From positions 1-58,858 of IMG/VR virus record IMGVR_UViG_3300025626_000030: a DNA stretch of 58,858 bases. One strand, given 5' to 3'. Positions 1-10,984 of this stretch are shown here, in pieces. Below the pieces are notes generated by a model. The model searched no databases, was not told the DNA's origin, and was given only the letters and a program-made list of their open reading frames with translations. Each line of letters starts with the position of its first letter. The first letter of the stretch is position 1. The DNA is from a virus. Taxonomy: Duplodnaviria > Caudoviricetes. The position numbers and the translations under genes were made by a program.

Positions 1-885
1 ACCGCCCTGCTAGAAGCAAACGCTGCGGGTCTTGATCTGAACGCGCAAGCTATTGCAGACGCTCAACTAGATATTGACGCCTTAGTAGAGCAGGGTTCTT
101 CCACTCAAGACGCTGTTGCCGAAATTGCTGATCAGTTAGGCACTACCGCACAGGCTTTGGCTACAGCAATAGGGGGTATAGACACTGCTGTAGTGGGGGT
201 ATCTAGTGAGGTGCAGGCACTTTCCGAACTTATAGGTAAGCCTGCCAGTGCAATTACTGATACAGACATAGATTTTTACGCGGACTACTTAGCACAACAA
301 GAAGTACTTAGCGAGGCTGAACAGGCTTCTTTTGTTCCAACTGACCAACAATTGCAGTATGATGTTAACAATGATGGAGTCATTGATATTGCTGACCAAA
401 CTTTAGCAACTCAATCATTCCAAGGGCAAGACGTAGACCTAGCAGGTAAGTTTGCGGCAACGGGATTATATGCTGGGCAACAGGCGCTAGACGCTAGGTT
501 GCAAGACCAATTAGACTCCCAGCTTGAGTTTGAGCAGCAGCAAGCGTTAGAACGAGAGCGAGAGCTAGAACGAGAGCAAGCGTTAGAAGTACAACAGCAG
601 ATTGCCGCAAGTGCCTCGGTGGAAGCCGCGAACCAAGAGAAGTATGAAGAAGGGTTTAGACAGTTAGCGGCATCGAACGCCAGAGGGACTATCAAAACGA
701 ATAAAATGGGGCTAGCGGAGTTCGGCCCCCAATACGATTTTAAGTCTATCTTTGCGGATCAAAAGGACGCTTCGATGGCCATGACTCCCTACGGAGCTAA
801 CCAGCAAGGGTTTTTTGGTGCCAAAGCGGGCGGCAGGGTAGAGAGTGACACAGACAAATTGATACGATTAATTGGAGAACAGTGA
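1..885 (+). CDS. 5'-truncated C-terminal part of a large acidic protein, probably the continuation of the 53188..58858 ORF
   Basis: Frame 1 is open from base 1 (TALLEANAAGLDLNAQAIADAQ...), so the TTG at 157 is probably not a true start. Contains the EF-hand/dockerin-like YDVNNDGVIDIAD and a C-terminal AKAGGRV. The stop overlaps the next start. Confidence 0.75.
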   Translation, partial: TALLEANAAGLDLNAQAIADAQLDIDALVEQGSSTQDAVAEIADQLGTTAQALATAIGGIDTAVVGVSSEVQALSELIGKPASAITDTDIDFYADYLAQQEVLSEAEQASFVPTDQQLQYDVNNDGVIDIADQTLATQSFQGQDVDLAGKFAATGLYAGQQALDARLQDQLDSQLEFEQQQALERERELEREQALEVQQQIAASASVEAANQEKYEEGFRQLAASNARGTIKTNKMGLAEFGPQYDFKSIFADQKDASMAMTPYGANQQGFFGAKAGGRVESDTDKLIRLIGEQ

Positions 886-2588
886 TGGGTTGGTATTCAG
901 ACACAGTAGATTTCCTTACGCCCGATGGTAGTAAGGTGGAAGAATTTTTTAATAGTGAAATTGTCGGCGGAGTTATACAAGGCGCTGCTGCTAATGAACT
1001 TAACAAATACTTCCAGCCAGACATACCCAAAGTAGGTTACCAAGGTAAGATACCTAACTTGCAGGCCGTACGCGAACGCGTGCCTATGCAACAACCTACA
1101 GAAGGACAGCCTGCCCGTAGACCCGGCGAAGCGGGACGTAGGTACTTCTCTGATGTGCAGTATGCAACACGCCCCAAACAAGAAACTCAGACAGTAGAAG
1201 AAGCACAAGCTAAAGCAAGGGCACAAGCAAACGATCTTGCAGGGATTGTCCCTGAACCCCAGACACCGGCTGGCAATGCCCAGTTTGACAATATTAATAC
1301 TGGTTTTGCTGCGGGTGGCATTGCCTCTGCGCATAATGGCTACTACCTAGGTGGTAAGACTGATGGCATGGCTGACGATGTGCCAGCAAGCATTGATGGT
1401 AAGCAAGAAGCCCGTCTGAGTGACGGTGAGTTCGTTATCCCTGCTGACGTAGTAAGTCACCTAGGCAACGGTAACTCTGATGCAGGTGCAGACCAGTTGC
1501 ACGGTATGATGAACAATGTACGTATGGAACGTACGGGTAACCCAGAGCAAGGTAAACAAATAGACCCTAACAAGTTTATGCCTACTATGGCTCAAGGCGG
1601 AATTGCACAGGCGTATAACAACGGCGGCTCTGTCTATAAAAACTATAGCCCCAAAACTAACTTCGCGGATGGTGACCCTGTAGTAGGCGGAGAAGGCGCG
1701 GGAACAGTAGACCCCAACGCAACGATCGGGCAAGTCGCGGGTACAGAATCCTCCCTTTCTAACTGGGCGGGGGACTACGTAGTTGACTTACTAGGACAAG
1801 GCAAGGCGCTGGGCAATCAAGAGTATCAAGCCTACGAAGGCCCGATTAGCGCAGGGGCATCCGATCTTCAAGATCAGGCGTTTACTGGGGTTGGTAGCTT
1901 AGACCAAGGGACAATGGGCGTCCAAGATTTCACTGCCGCAGATGCTACCGCAGGTATGAACCCGTACTTGATGGCCTCCCTCAACCCTCAACTAGATGAG
2001 GCTCGTCGTCAGTCAGAGATAAGTCGCGTTGCTAATGCGGGCCGCATGACTAAAGCGGGTGCCTTTGGGGGTTCTCGTCAGGCTCTTATGGATATGGAAG
2101 GCCAACGCGGGTTACAAGCTAACCTAGCGGACATAACGGGCAGGGGTTATAAAGATGCGTACGACGTAGCAAGAGATCAGTTCAACAAGACTCAAACCGC
2201 ACGTAACGCCTATGGCTTTGATGTACTTAACGAGCAGCAGGAAGCAGGTGCAACCCAGCGCGGTATCGAGTCTGAAGGTATGGCCGCAGATTACGCGCAG
2301 TTCAGCGAAGAACGTCAGTTCCCCTACACGCAAGTGCAGTACATGAAGTCGTTACTACAAGGATTACCTTTGGAAGCGCAGACTCAAAGTTATATTGCCC
2401 CTAGCAGCGCAGCGCAGCTAGCCAATACAGCAAATACAATAGATGAACTCTATGGCGAGTACGGGCCGGGATCATCGACGCCTTTTAACGCGGCTATTTA
2501 CGGCAGCGCAACAGCTACGCAAATCCAAGCGGAGCAAGTAGCAAACCCGTCGATTACCAACGCGCAAATAAAAGCCAAGTACCCTTAA
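882..2588 (+). CDS. Internal virion / DNA ejection protein
   Basis: Has a GGKTDGMADDVPA...RLSDGEFVIPADVV segment like that in tape-measure-type proteins. The C-terminal half has MNPY...LNPQL...AGAFGGSRQAL, typical of podovirus ejection proteins. Located at the end of the late arm. Confidence 0.6.
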   Translation: MMGWYSDTVDFLTPDGSKVEEFFNSEIVGGVIQGAAANELNKYFQPDIPKVGYQGKIPNLQAVRERVPMQQPTEGQPARRPGEAGRRYFSDVQYATRPKQETQTVEEAQAKARAQANDLAGIVPEPQTPAGNAQFDNINTGFAAGGIASAHNGYYLGGKTDGMADDVPASIDGKQEARLSDGEFVIPADVVSHLGNGNSDAGADQLHGMMNNVRMERTGNPEQGKQIDPNKFMPTMAQGGIAQAYNNGGSVYKNYSPKTNFADGDPVVGGEGAGTVDPNATIGQVAGTESSLSNWAGDYVVDLLGQGKALGNQEYQAYEGPISAGASDLQDQAFTGVGSLDQGTMGVQDFTAADATAGMNPYLMASLNPQLDEARRQSEISRVANAGRMTKAGAFGGSRQALMDMEGQRGLQANLADITGRGYKDAYDVARDQFNKTQTARNAYGFDVLNEQQEAGATQRGIESEGMAADYAQFSEERQFPYTQVQYMKSLLQGLPLEAQTQSYIAPSSAAQLANTANTIDELYGEYGPGSSTPFNAAIYGSATATQIQAEQVANPSITNAQIKAKYP

Positions 2589-2612
2589 AATTTAAAGTTT
2601 CAGGAGATAGAC

Positions 2613-4565
2613 ATGTTAGAAGCAGGCGGCATAGACAAGCTAGTTAACCAGAAGGCAGACGCCTATCGGAGCAATCCGCAAGCGCTAAAGCAAAGATACT
2701 CTCAGAATCAAGAGTTGATGGACTTGCTCGCCATGCAAAAACTGAAGACTGAAAAAGAAACTGTCGCCCGTGACATGGCATTAAAAGCCGAACAGACTCC
2801 CGGCACCATCGCAGAGCAATACGAGCAGCAGCTAGTGTCTATGAACAAAGATCAAATGGCCCAGCAGACTGCGGGAATCCTTGGAGAACGTCAGAAAAAA
2901 GCCCAACAGAAGTCGCAAAGCATGGGCATGCCTCCCCAACAACCGCAAGGTCAACGCCCCCCTATGCCTCAAGGCGCTCCTCAAGGTATCGCTAGTCAAC
3001 CTCGCCCTAACATGCAAGGTATGGCACAAGGCGGTATTGTCGGTTATCAAGCAGGGGGGAAGCTAAGTAGGCGAGAACGAGCACTAAAAGCCTTGGGTAT
3101 TACCGAAGATGCTTTGGAGCGGATGTCTCCTGACCAGAAGAAAGTTGTTGAACAGCAGATACAAAGTGAATACGTAAAGCAACGTAAAGAGTTTACCGTG
3201 CCTGAAATGCCTATCTCTAAGGTGGTAAGAGAGGCGCAAGACCCCGAAATACAAGCTGCAAAGAGGGAAGATATTCGTAGGCGTATGAACCCTACAGCAG
3301 AAGAAAAAGCGCAAGATGGTCTGGGCAATCTCCTTGCCGATAAAGAGCTACTTGCAGGGGAAGAAGAAGATATGACGCGCATTGCCGCCGCTACCGCTAC
3401 CGCTCCTACTACTGCTCCTGCCGCTACCGCTGCTGCGCCTACTCCCGCTACTGATCCTACTACTGGGGGAGTTGCTACATTACCTGTCGATCCTTCCGCA
3501 GGGGTGAACGCAAACTTAGAGCGTGTTGGGCTGGATGTCGATAGCCTAACCGCAACGCCAGACACATCTGGAATAAGCAGAAAACAAGTAACCGAAGCTT
3601 TAGCAGGCACGGGTGTACTTGAGGGACTTAAAAAAGACATAGCTACAGACCCCGCTAAAGTACAAAAAGATGAAATCGCTAGAATGAGTTCTGATGATAA
3701 AGATGCAGGGGGCTTCGATAGAGCTGGACAAAAAGCAATGTACGATAAGTACTTAGGAGAGAAAGAAACACTAGATGCTAAGGCGTTGAGTCCTGCCGAA
3801 GTAGAAAAAAGACGTAGGCGAAAAGCTATCCAAGGATTTATGTCAGAGGGTACTAGCCGTGGTACAGGTATTGCTCAAGCTAAATTTGATGACGATCTTG
3901 CTAAAAGCAGGCAAGGGAGCATTCTTCAGCGTTTGAGCATCGAGAAGCAAGGCATGGACAACGATGTCAAGATAGCGACTGCTATAAACGAAGAGGCAGG
4001 TCGTGCTTTGGGTAGGGCTATGGATGCACGCTCGAAAGCAATGACTACCGTATCTAATCTCGCCGCTGACGACATTTCTATGTACAATGCAGAAGCCAAT
4101 AGAATGTACACGGCCAACCAAAATGGTATCAAGAACAAAATTGATGCTCTACGAGTAGATACTGAAGCTAGACTACAAAGTCTTATTCAAAGTCAAGCTA
4201 GCGCCGCCCAAATCGGCACGGAGATTGCCAGACTAGAGAAAGAAGGTACAGACTTACGCGAAGTATTCTTTGCCCAACTCGGGCCAGAAATTGCACAGCT
4301 ACGTAGCAAAGAACGTAGGGAGGGCTTGACGGGAGATGAAATTAAGTTGCTAGCAGGGTACGAAGCCCAGTTCCAGCAGTTAAAAGAAAAAACGCGTATG
4401 GATGATACCATTGACATGTACCGTAAGATGTTAAAACAAGAGCAGGGGGGTTACTCTAACCAGATAAAATCTGGCACAACGAGTACAACAGGCACGACGT
4501 CAGGTGCAACTTCTACTCAACAAGCTCAAGTAGCAGCAAAAGCAAACTCGTACATACAACCATAA
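2613..4565 (+). CDS. Probable internal virion / ejection protein (helical, Q/A-rich)
   Basis: 650 aa with AGGAG RBS, coiled-coil character, MAQGGIV and YQAGGKL motifs, and a Pro/Ala/Thr linker; lies between ejection-type genes. Confidence 0.55.
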   Translation: MLEAGGIDKLVNQKADAYRSNPQALKQRYSQNQELMDLLAMQKLKTEKETVARDMALKAEQTPGTIAEQYEQQLVSMNKDQMAQQTAGILGERQKKAQQKSQSMGMPPQQPQGQRPPMPQGAPQGIASQPRPNMQGMAQGGIVGYQAGGKLSRRERALKALGITEDALERMSPDQKKVVEQQIQSEYVKQRKEFTVPEMPISKVVREAQDPEIQAAKREDIRRRMNPTAEEKAQDGLGNLLADKELLAGEEEDMTRIAAATATAPTTAPAATAAAPTPATDPTTGGVATLPVDPSAGVNANLERVGLDVDSLTATPDTSGISRKQVTEALAGTGVLEGLKKDIATDPAKVQKDEIARMSSDDKDAGGFDRAGQKAMYDKYLGEKETLDAKALSPAEVEKRRRRKAIQGFMSEGTSRGTGIAQAKFDDDLAKSRQGSILQRLSIEKQGMDNDVKIATAINEEAGRALGRAMDARSKAMTTVSNLAADDISMYNAEANRMYTANQNGIKNKIDALRVDTEARLQSLIQSQASAAQIGTEIARLEKEGTDLREVFFAQLGPEIAQLRSKERREGLTGDEIKLLAGYEAQFQQLKEKTRMDDTIDMYRKMLKQEQGGYSNQIKSGTTSTTGTTSGATSTQQAQVAAKANSYIQP

Positions 4566-4585
4566 TAGAATAGGTACTTAGCGGT

Positions 4586-7500
4586 ATGGCCACTATCCAG
4601 CAACTAGAAGACGCGGTTGTACGCGCTCGCGCAGCGAATGATGACGCCTCAGTACAGTACTTACTCCAGCAAATTGAGGGGAAAAAAGCTTCCGAAGAGG
4701 TAGACATATCGGGTTACCGCCTTGCAGAAGAAGAAGAAGACTCAGGATTTTTCGAGAACATAGCTTCAGGTTTTGGCGCGGGTGTTGTTGGTGTAGGAGA
4801 AATGGCGTCTCTCGGTGCCGTTACAGCACTAGAAGAGGAAGCAGAGCTTGAAGCCCGAGAGAAAATACAAAGCGTTGCCTCCTCCCTCCGTCCCGAAGGC
4901 GGCGATCCAGACTCTTACGCATATAAAATAGCACAGGGTTTCGGTTCTGTTGCCGGTATAGCCGTACCTGCCGCTGCCGCTGTCTATGCTGGTGCCCCCA
5001 CCCTCGTTGCTACAGGTATTGCTGGCGCGTTAGGTGTAGGTGCCGCATCGGGTGAGGCTAGTGAACGTGCCCGCGCCGCAGGTTCTACCGAAGAAGAAAG
5101 GTCTTCCGCTGTCCTCCGTGCTGCTCCTATTGGCCTTCTCGAAGTATTACCTTTGAGTAGGTTTATTAAGGCTATTGACGTTCCTGTCTTAACCGACCTA
5201 GCAAATAAAATTGGCCCTGACGTTGTAGAGACTTTGGGACAGAAAGTACAAAGCGCCTTTGTATCTGGCGGGTTTGAAGCTGCGCAGGAAGCCGCGTCTG
5301 GAGTCTTGCAGAACCTTAACGAACAGCAATACAACGCCGCTGCCGAAACCTTTGGTGGGGTAGGCGAAGAAGCTACTATCGGTGGTATTGTAGGTGCAAC
5401 TCTTGACCTGCTATTGCCGGGGGGAAGCCGAGCGCGAGGTGTGAGTAGAGAAGACGCTAAAGCCCTGATAGACAGCGAGACTGAGAACGACGAGCAAAGG
5501 CAGCAAGCTGACGAGGCGTTTCTCCTACCCGCACTTCCTGAGACCGTTAACATACCCATGCCTGATGGCTCCCTACGTGAAAACGTGTCAATGGATGACC
5601 CTGACGCAATAGCGTATGTACGCGCCCAGAAAATGCAGGGCAGGGCTGAAACAGACCTAACCACGCAGAGAAAAACTGAACTCGAAGCTATACGTACCGC
5701 CCAAGATAAAGAACAAGGACTAGCCTCACTAGTTAGGGACGACGCGGCAGAACAAGCACGTAGGCAAACTGGCGACCTATTCCCACTAGAAAAAGCAACA
5801 GCAGAAAGAGAAGCTGCTAGAGTAGCTGCACGCGCACCCGAGGGTATGAGTGACGCCGAAATGGCTGATGCTATGGCCGAGCAAGACGCCGAGACCGAGA
5901 GAGCAAAGCGTCTGGAAGATGACGACCAGATAAAAGAACAGCCTGACATGGTAGCCCGCGCAGAAGACGAACAGATAAGGGACATGGAAGAGACGGCTGA
6001 GATTGAATCCATGCTCGCAGAAGACGCGGCTCAGGAAGCTAAAGACGCTGAAGAAAAACGTGCTATAGAGCAAGAGTATTCCATCTTGTTTGAAGGTAAC
6101 CTAGATGTTGCTGATGCAGAAGCGAGAGATGCCGCCGTAGCAACCGAAAACAGAGCAGCACTAGCGCAGCTAGAAGCGCAAGTTAAAGAGCGTGGGCCTA
6201 AACAAACCCAACAACAGCAGCCTCTAGGTGGTATGCAGAGTAAGACCGCTGCCAAGAGACAAGGCGTGAGGCGCGATGCTACCGTAACTGGAGCCGAAAG
6301 TGTTCCTACTTTACCAGAGCTACAACCGGTGTCGAAAGCAGTTACCCAGCAGCTAGAGGGATTAGGTATTGCAGTACCTGCTGTAACGACTAAAGCGGCA
6401 CCAAAAGCAAAAGTGGCACCAAAAGCAAAAGCGCCAGTGCGCGGTACCCCGCCAACCCCAGTGCCTGTTGATACCAGTACACAAGAAGCCGTTGCCGATA
6501 TAGGCGGGAATATTGAGTTCCCCACTGCCATACCCCGTGGCACGGAGTTTACCCAGCCTGCTGACGTAGAAGCTATAGACGCGCTGCTAACCAAGAAAGT
6601 AGCTCGTTCAGGGGACGAGAAGATTGCTCAAACTTACATTAAGAGGTTTAAGCGACCTGCCGATGCGTTTGAGGCTATAGCGTTTGAAATCGCAGAGAAC
6701 ACGCCTAAGTTCCGTGAACAGAAAGGTACTCCTACATCCGAGAAAGCTAAGTTTGCAGGTACTGGTGGAGCTAACACTAAAACTACATTGCAGTGGATAG
6801 AGAAGAACCTAAGCCCCGATGCTAAGGCTGAAATAGATCGCCGCGTAGTCGAGCAACAGAATAAGTCAGCCGATGTAGAGAAGGGTACGAAAGCTAGGGC
6901 TACTCAAGAACGAGAAGATACTAGGGTAAAGCAACGCGAAACTAAGATAGCGCAGGATGTAGATAAGGCCACCGCTGGTAAAGCTAAAGTAGTTGGTACA
7001 TCTACCCCGTCCAAGGTTACTCCAAAAGCCGAGCCTAGCCCTACTGCCCGTGCAGATAAAGCCGCTAAGAAAGAAGATATTGTCAAAGAAGCGGTGGAAA
7101 AAGTACAGGGTAAGGCTAAGACAAAAGAACCTCTTACTGAGGATATGTCTCCCGCACAACTACGTGAAAAGATTGCCAAGGATACTGCCTCGTTTGTCGC
7201 AGACGGCGGCATCATAGACGTACTGAACCTAGAACTTGATCCTAAAGTAGCGGTGGCCTTAGATGCTAACCTCCCCACCGCTGTTAAGGCGTTACTGAAG
7301 AAAGGGGATTTAAAAGGCGCATTACAGTCCCTTGCTAAGTCCTCTAAAAACAAACGTGTTAAGCAAATAGCCAGAGCGTTGGCTGAGAACACCGGTACCA
7401 CCAAAGTAGAGTTGGCTAACACCGCAGAAATCCAAAAACGTGGGTACGATACCAAAGGCGAAGATGTAGCCGGATTGTTTGACCCCGCCATTAACACAGT

Positions 7501-10500
7501 AATACTTAACTCTAATGTACCCCTCACGGTACATGCACTGCTACACGAGACTACACATGCCTCGACAATTAACGTCCTCAAAAACAAATCGCATCCGCTA
7601 ACCAAGCAGATGGAGAAGTTGTATAAAGACTCCAAGCCCTACCTAGGTACAGCGTACGGAACTAAAAACTTAAATGAGTTCATAGCAGAAGCGTTTAGTA
7701 ACCCTAAGTTCCAGCAAGAGTTGGCCAAAATAAACGTCAAGGGGGAACCAATCAGTGCTTTGGAGCGGTTTTATCAAGCGGTTACTAACTACGTACGTAG
7801 ACTTATCGGTATGGAAACTAGACCTACGGGTTCGGCATTAGAAGCGGCTGATGCGGCTATCATAGGTATGCTCTCCCCGAATATAACTACACGCGGCGGC
7901 GCTATGTATATGAAGTCTACGCCCAAAGGTGTAAAAGAAGTACTCCGAAGCATAGGTGCCACACAGAAAGCTATTAACGACAATGTATCTTCAAAAGACT
8001 TCGTGAAGAACGCGAAAGACTTTGTTACTGACATGAGTATAACTACCAAGGTTAAAAAGGTATTCTTTAAGCTGACAGGTTCACAGGCTTTAGGAGACAT
8101 AGCACGGACGATGGGTTTCAAGCAGGCGGGGCTTAGACTACATGACGCGTTTGAAAGCCAGATTGGTGACATCCGTAGGGCCGATGGACTGGTACAAAAA
8201 GCCGTAGATGCTACCGATGCGTGGATTAAAAAGCCTAGCGTGGGCATGGATGGATTAAACGTCCTAAACAGCCTAGTGTATAGTTCAGAGCATGGTGCCA
8301 CCATCTACCAAGTAGACCCTACTAAGCCTAGGAGTTACTACAAGGGCAAGAAAGCTGCGGCAGATAACAACATAGACTTAGTAGACATATGGGACGCGCA
8401 ACGTAAAGACTGGAACAAACTAACGGCTAACGGGGGGGACAAGATATTTACCCTACAGCGCGACGAGTATGGCCGTATGCACAAAGAACTAGTGAAAGCT
8501 ATCGAAGGGCAAATCGACGAGCTGGTCGGGACAGATAGTGCTAGTGGTAAGAAACTGAAGAAGCAGGTATACGAGCGTATGTTTGCGGCGGGTAACCTAG
8601 ACGTGTACTTCCCCCTAGTACGGGAGGGCAACTTTAAACTGTTCTTCAATGCCAAGATTAGAGACGCGGACGGTAATGTGCTGCGGACAGAGCCGGTATT
8701 TTTAATGTTTAATAGTAAGTCTGACCGTAACAATACCGAAGCGGCTTTAAAAGATGATCCCGATGTTGTTGGAGATATAGAAGCGTACGAGGGAACAACT
8801 TCTCGTGAGCGGTTTAACAACGCCCCCTCTGGATCGTTTGTTGCCGATGTACTAGACGTGTTAAAGGCCAGCAAAGTAGATCCCAAGGTGCAAGAGGAAG
8901 TCATGCGTTTGTTCATTGAGGCGCTACCTGAAAACTCATTCGCTAAGTCCCTTCAAAGACGTAAGAACACGTTAGGTTTTATAGCGGATACAAGAGTAGC
9001 CCTGAAGGACAAAGGTTTTGCTTTAAGTGCTCAAGTAGAGAAGATAAAAAACAGCGCGATAATACGTAGCATAGAAAACGAGATAGCCGAGATGAAAGCT
9101 CCAGAAGGGGGCAACCGCGAAACTTTTCAAGCTATGCAAGCAGAGCTTATCGAGCGGGCTATTTTCGCTAGGACTGGTGCTAAAGACAAACCTGCCGAAC
9201 AGTACTATAAATTGGCTAACCAAGTAGCGTTTATATATACCATCGGGTTTAACGCTTCGTCTGCAATTGTCAACCTGACTCAGGTACCTATGTTTGTAGG
9301 GCCGATGTTATCTGCTAAGTTTGGGGTTAAAGAAACCTATGCAGCTATGGCGCGTGCAAGCAAGTTCGTAAGTATAGATTCTAAGCTGTCTATGGATGAG
9401 TTCTACGATATTGCGGGGGAGGGTAGAAACCTTACTTTCACGGTAAAGAAATCCTTGATAAAGAAAATACGTGCTAACTCCACTGAGGCAGAAGCTAAGA
9501 CGAAGATAGCAGAACTGGAGAAGATAGCTCCGCTAGTTAAACTAGCTATGGGAAGAGGGCAGCTTTACAACACCCAACTCTCTGACGCGTTAGGTATTTC
9601 TGACGCGGGGCGTAGGGACAGTAAAAACCCTGCAATGCGTTTCCTAGACAATACGTCCGCGCTATCCGCAATTATGTTTAACACTGCGGAAAGATTTAAC
9701 CGACAGACCGCTATGGTAATGTCCTACAACCTAGCCCTAGACAAGATGACAGCGGACGGAAAAGCAGGTAAACAGTTTTACAGTTCTAAACAAGCTGGTT
9801 TTATAGACGTACCTAGTGACTCAGAGTCCATAGCGGCGCTAGCGGCTGAAGAAGCGTTATACCTAACGCAAGAAACAAACGGCGGTGCAGTACTAGAAAC
9901 CGCTCCGTCCCTTTCTCAGCAAGGTGTGGGCCGTGTAGCCTTAATGTACAAGAGTCACGGGCTACAGATGTACTACACTATGATTAAATCCGCTAAGTTA
10001 GCGGCTGACAACATGTATGGAAAGACCCCCAAAGAGTTAGAACTTAGAAATATGGCCCTAAAGCAACTTGCGGGAGTACATCTAACTGCGTTGTTCTTCG
10101 CTGGTGTGCAGGGTATACCTTTGTATGGCGCAGTCACTATGCTAGCGGACATGTTTTTACTCGACGACGAAGAAGATGATGCGGATACAGTAGTACGTAA
10201 GCATCTAGGGGAAGGGTGGTATAAAGGAGCCGTTGCTGAACTTACGGGAGTTGATATTGCCGGTCGGGTTCGGCTCACGGGTTTGTTACTACAGGAGAAC
10301 AGGTTTAACAAAGACCCGTCTCTCGAAGAGTCCATAGGTTTTGCTATAGGTGGCCCCGCATTAAGTGTAGCTGGTAGGCTACAGCGCGGTATGACTGATT
10401 TGGGTGAAGGTGAAGTGCAGCGTGGGATAGAAAACTTATTGCCCGCAGGAATAACTAACGTGTGGCGTAATACGATGGGCCGTTATGTCCAAGAGGGGGG

Positions 10501-10897
10501 CATCTTCACTCGACGTGGGGACGTTATTCACGACGACTTGACTATAGGGGATTTTGCAACTCAAGCGATGGGTTTCCCCCCTGTGGAATACACGTTCAAA
10601 ACGGAACAGACTGCACGGAACAAAGGCATAGAAAAAGCGATAACTGAAAGACGGTCTAGCCTCACTAAGAAATACTACGTAGCCCAACGGCTAGGAGACT
10701 ACGAGGAGATGAATGAAATACTTATAGAGATAGGGAAGTTCAATGATCGTCACCCTGTAGAAGCTATACGGCCAGAGACTATTATGAAGTCTGTCAAGTC
10801 TCATATGAGTACAACCGCAACGATGCACAACGGAGTGTCTATAAGCCCTCTTTTGCGGTACGCGATCAATAAAAGTAACGAGGAGTACAGACAATAA
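4586..10897 (+). CDS. Giant polyvalent-type ejection protein with a zincin metallopeptidase motif and a PLxRFG-like region
   Basis: 2103 aa. HALLHETTHA (HExxH) is followed by NLNEFIAEAFSNPKFQ; YFPLVREGNF resembles the PLxRFG motif. Last gene of the late arm. Confidence 0.65.
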   Translation: MATIQQLEDAVVRARAANDDASVQYLLQQIEGKKASEEVDISGYRLAEEEEDSGFFENIASGFGAGVVGVGEMASLGAVTALEEEAELEAREKIQSVASSLRPEGGDPDSYAYKIAQGFGSVAGIAVPAAAAVYAGAPTLVATGIAGALGVGAASGEASERARAAGSTEEERSSAVLRAAPIGLLEVLPLSRFIKAIDVPVLTDLANKIGPDVVETLGQKVQSAFVSGGFEAAQEAASGVLQNLNEQQYNAAAETFGGVGEEATIGGIVGATLDLLLPGGSRARGVSREDAKALIDSETENDEQRQQADEAFLLPALPETVNIPMPDGSLRENVSMDDPDAIAYVRAQKMQGRAETDLTTQRKTELEAIRTAQDKEQGLASLVRDDAAEQARRQTGDLFPLEKATAEREAARVAARAPEGMSDAEMADAMAEQDAETERAKRLEDDDQIKEQPDMVARAEDEQIRDMEETAEIESMLAEDAAQEAKDAEEKRAIEQEYSILFEGNLDVADAEARDAAVATENRAALAQLEAQVKERGPKQTQQQQPLGGMQSKTAAKRQGVRRDATVTGAESVPTLPELQPVSKAVTQQLEGLGIAVPAVTTKAAPKAKVAPKAKAPVRGTPPTPVPVDTSTQEAVADIGGNIEFPTAIPRGTEFTQPADVEAIDALLTKKVARSGDEKIAQTYIKRFKRPADAFEAIAFEIAENTPKFREQKGTPTSEKAKFAGTGGANTKTTLQWIEKNLSPDAKAEIDRRVVEQQNKSADVEKGTKARATQEREDTRVKQRETKIAQDVDKATAGKAKVVGTSTPSKVTPKAEPSPTARADKAAKKEDIVKEAVEKVQGKAKTKEPLTEDMSPAQLREKIAKDTASFVADGGIIDVLNLELDPKVAVALDANLPTAVKALLKKGDLKGALQSLAKSSKNKRVKQIARALAENTGTTKVELANTAEIQKRGYDTKGEDVAGLFDPAINTVILNSNVPLTVHALLHETTHASTINVLKNKSHPLTKQMEKLYKDSKPYLGTAYGTKNLNEFIAEAFSNPKFQQELAKINVKGEPISALERFYQAVTNYVRRLIGMETRPTGSALEAADAAIIGMLSPNITTRGGAMYMKSTPKGVKEVLRSIGATQKAINDNVSSKDFVKNAKDFVTDMSITTKVKKVFFKLTGSQALGDIARTMGFKQAGLRLHDAFESQIGDIRRADGLVQKAVDATDAWIKKPSVGMDGLNVLNSLVYSSEHGATIYQVDPTKPRSYYKGKKAAADNNIDLVDIWDAQRKDWNKLTANGGDKIFTLQRDEYGRMHKELVKAIEGQIDELVGTDSASGKKLKKQVYERMFAAGNLDVYFPLVREGNFKLFFNAKIRDADGNVLRTEPVFLMFNSKSDRNNTEAALKDDPDVVGDIEAYEGTTSRERFNNAPSGSFVADVLDVLKASKVDPKVQEEVMRLFIEALPENSFAKSLQRRKNTLGFIADTRVALKDKGFALSAQVEKIKNSAIIRSIENEIAEMKAPEGGNRETFQAMQAELIERAIFARTGAKDKPAEQYYKLANQVAFIYTIGFNASSAIVNLTQVPMFVGPMLSAKFGVKETYAAMARASKFVSIDSKLSMDEFYDIAGEGRNLTFTVKKSLIKKIRANSTEAEAKTKIAELEKIAPLVKLAMGRGQLYNTQLSDALGISDAGRRDSKNPAMRFLDNTSALSAIMFNTAERFNRQTAMVMSYNLALDKMTADGKAGKQFYSSKQAGFIDVPSDSESIAALAAEEALYLTQETNGGAVLETAPSLSQQGVGRVALMYKSHGLQMYYTMIKSAKLAADNMYGKTPKELELRNMALKQLAGVHLTALFFAGVQGIPLYGAVTMLADMFLLDDEEDDADTVVRKHLGEGWYKGAVAELTGVDIAGRVRLTGLLLQENRFNKDPSLEESIGFAIGGPALSVAGRLQRGMTDLGEGEVQRGIENLLPAGITNVWRNTMGRYVQEGGIFTRRGDVIHDDLTIGDFATQAMGFPPVEYTFKTEQTARNKGIEKAITERRSSLTKKYYVAQRLGDYEEMNEILIEIGKFNDRHPVEAIRPETIMKSVKSHMSTTATMHNGVSISPLLRYAINKSNEEYRQ

Positions 10898-10933
10898 AAA
10901 ACCCCCTGCCGTCTCGGAAACGAACAGGGGGTT
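10896..10933. terminator. Intrinsic terminator between the converging late and replication arms
   Basis: AACCCCCTG (10900-10908) pairs with CAGGGGGTT (10925-10933). The A-tract on the left gives a U-tract on the minus strand. Confidence 0.65.
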
Positions 10934-10984
10934 AAGGGGAAACGAAGAACTGAGGGAGGGACTCACTCTTCGTCCATCATGGTA

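Noticed and set aside
4984-8916. Long minus-strand ORFs (e.g. 4984..6012, 6904..7635) opposite the 2103-aa gene
   Set aside because: Ser/Ala-rich antisense shadows of a biased coding strand, with no recognisable motifs.
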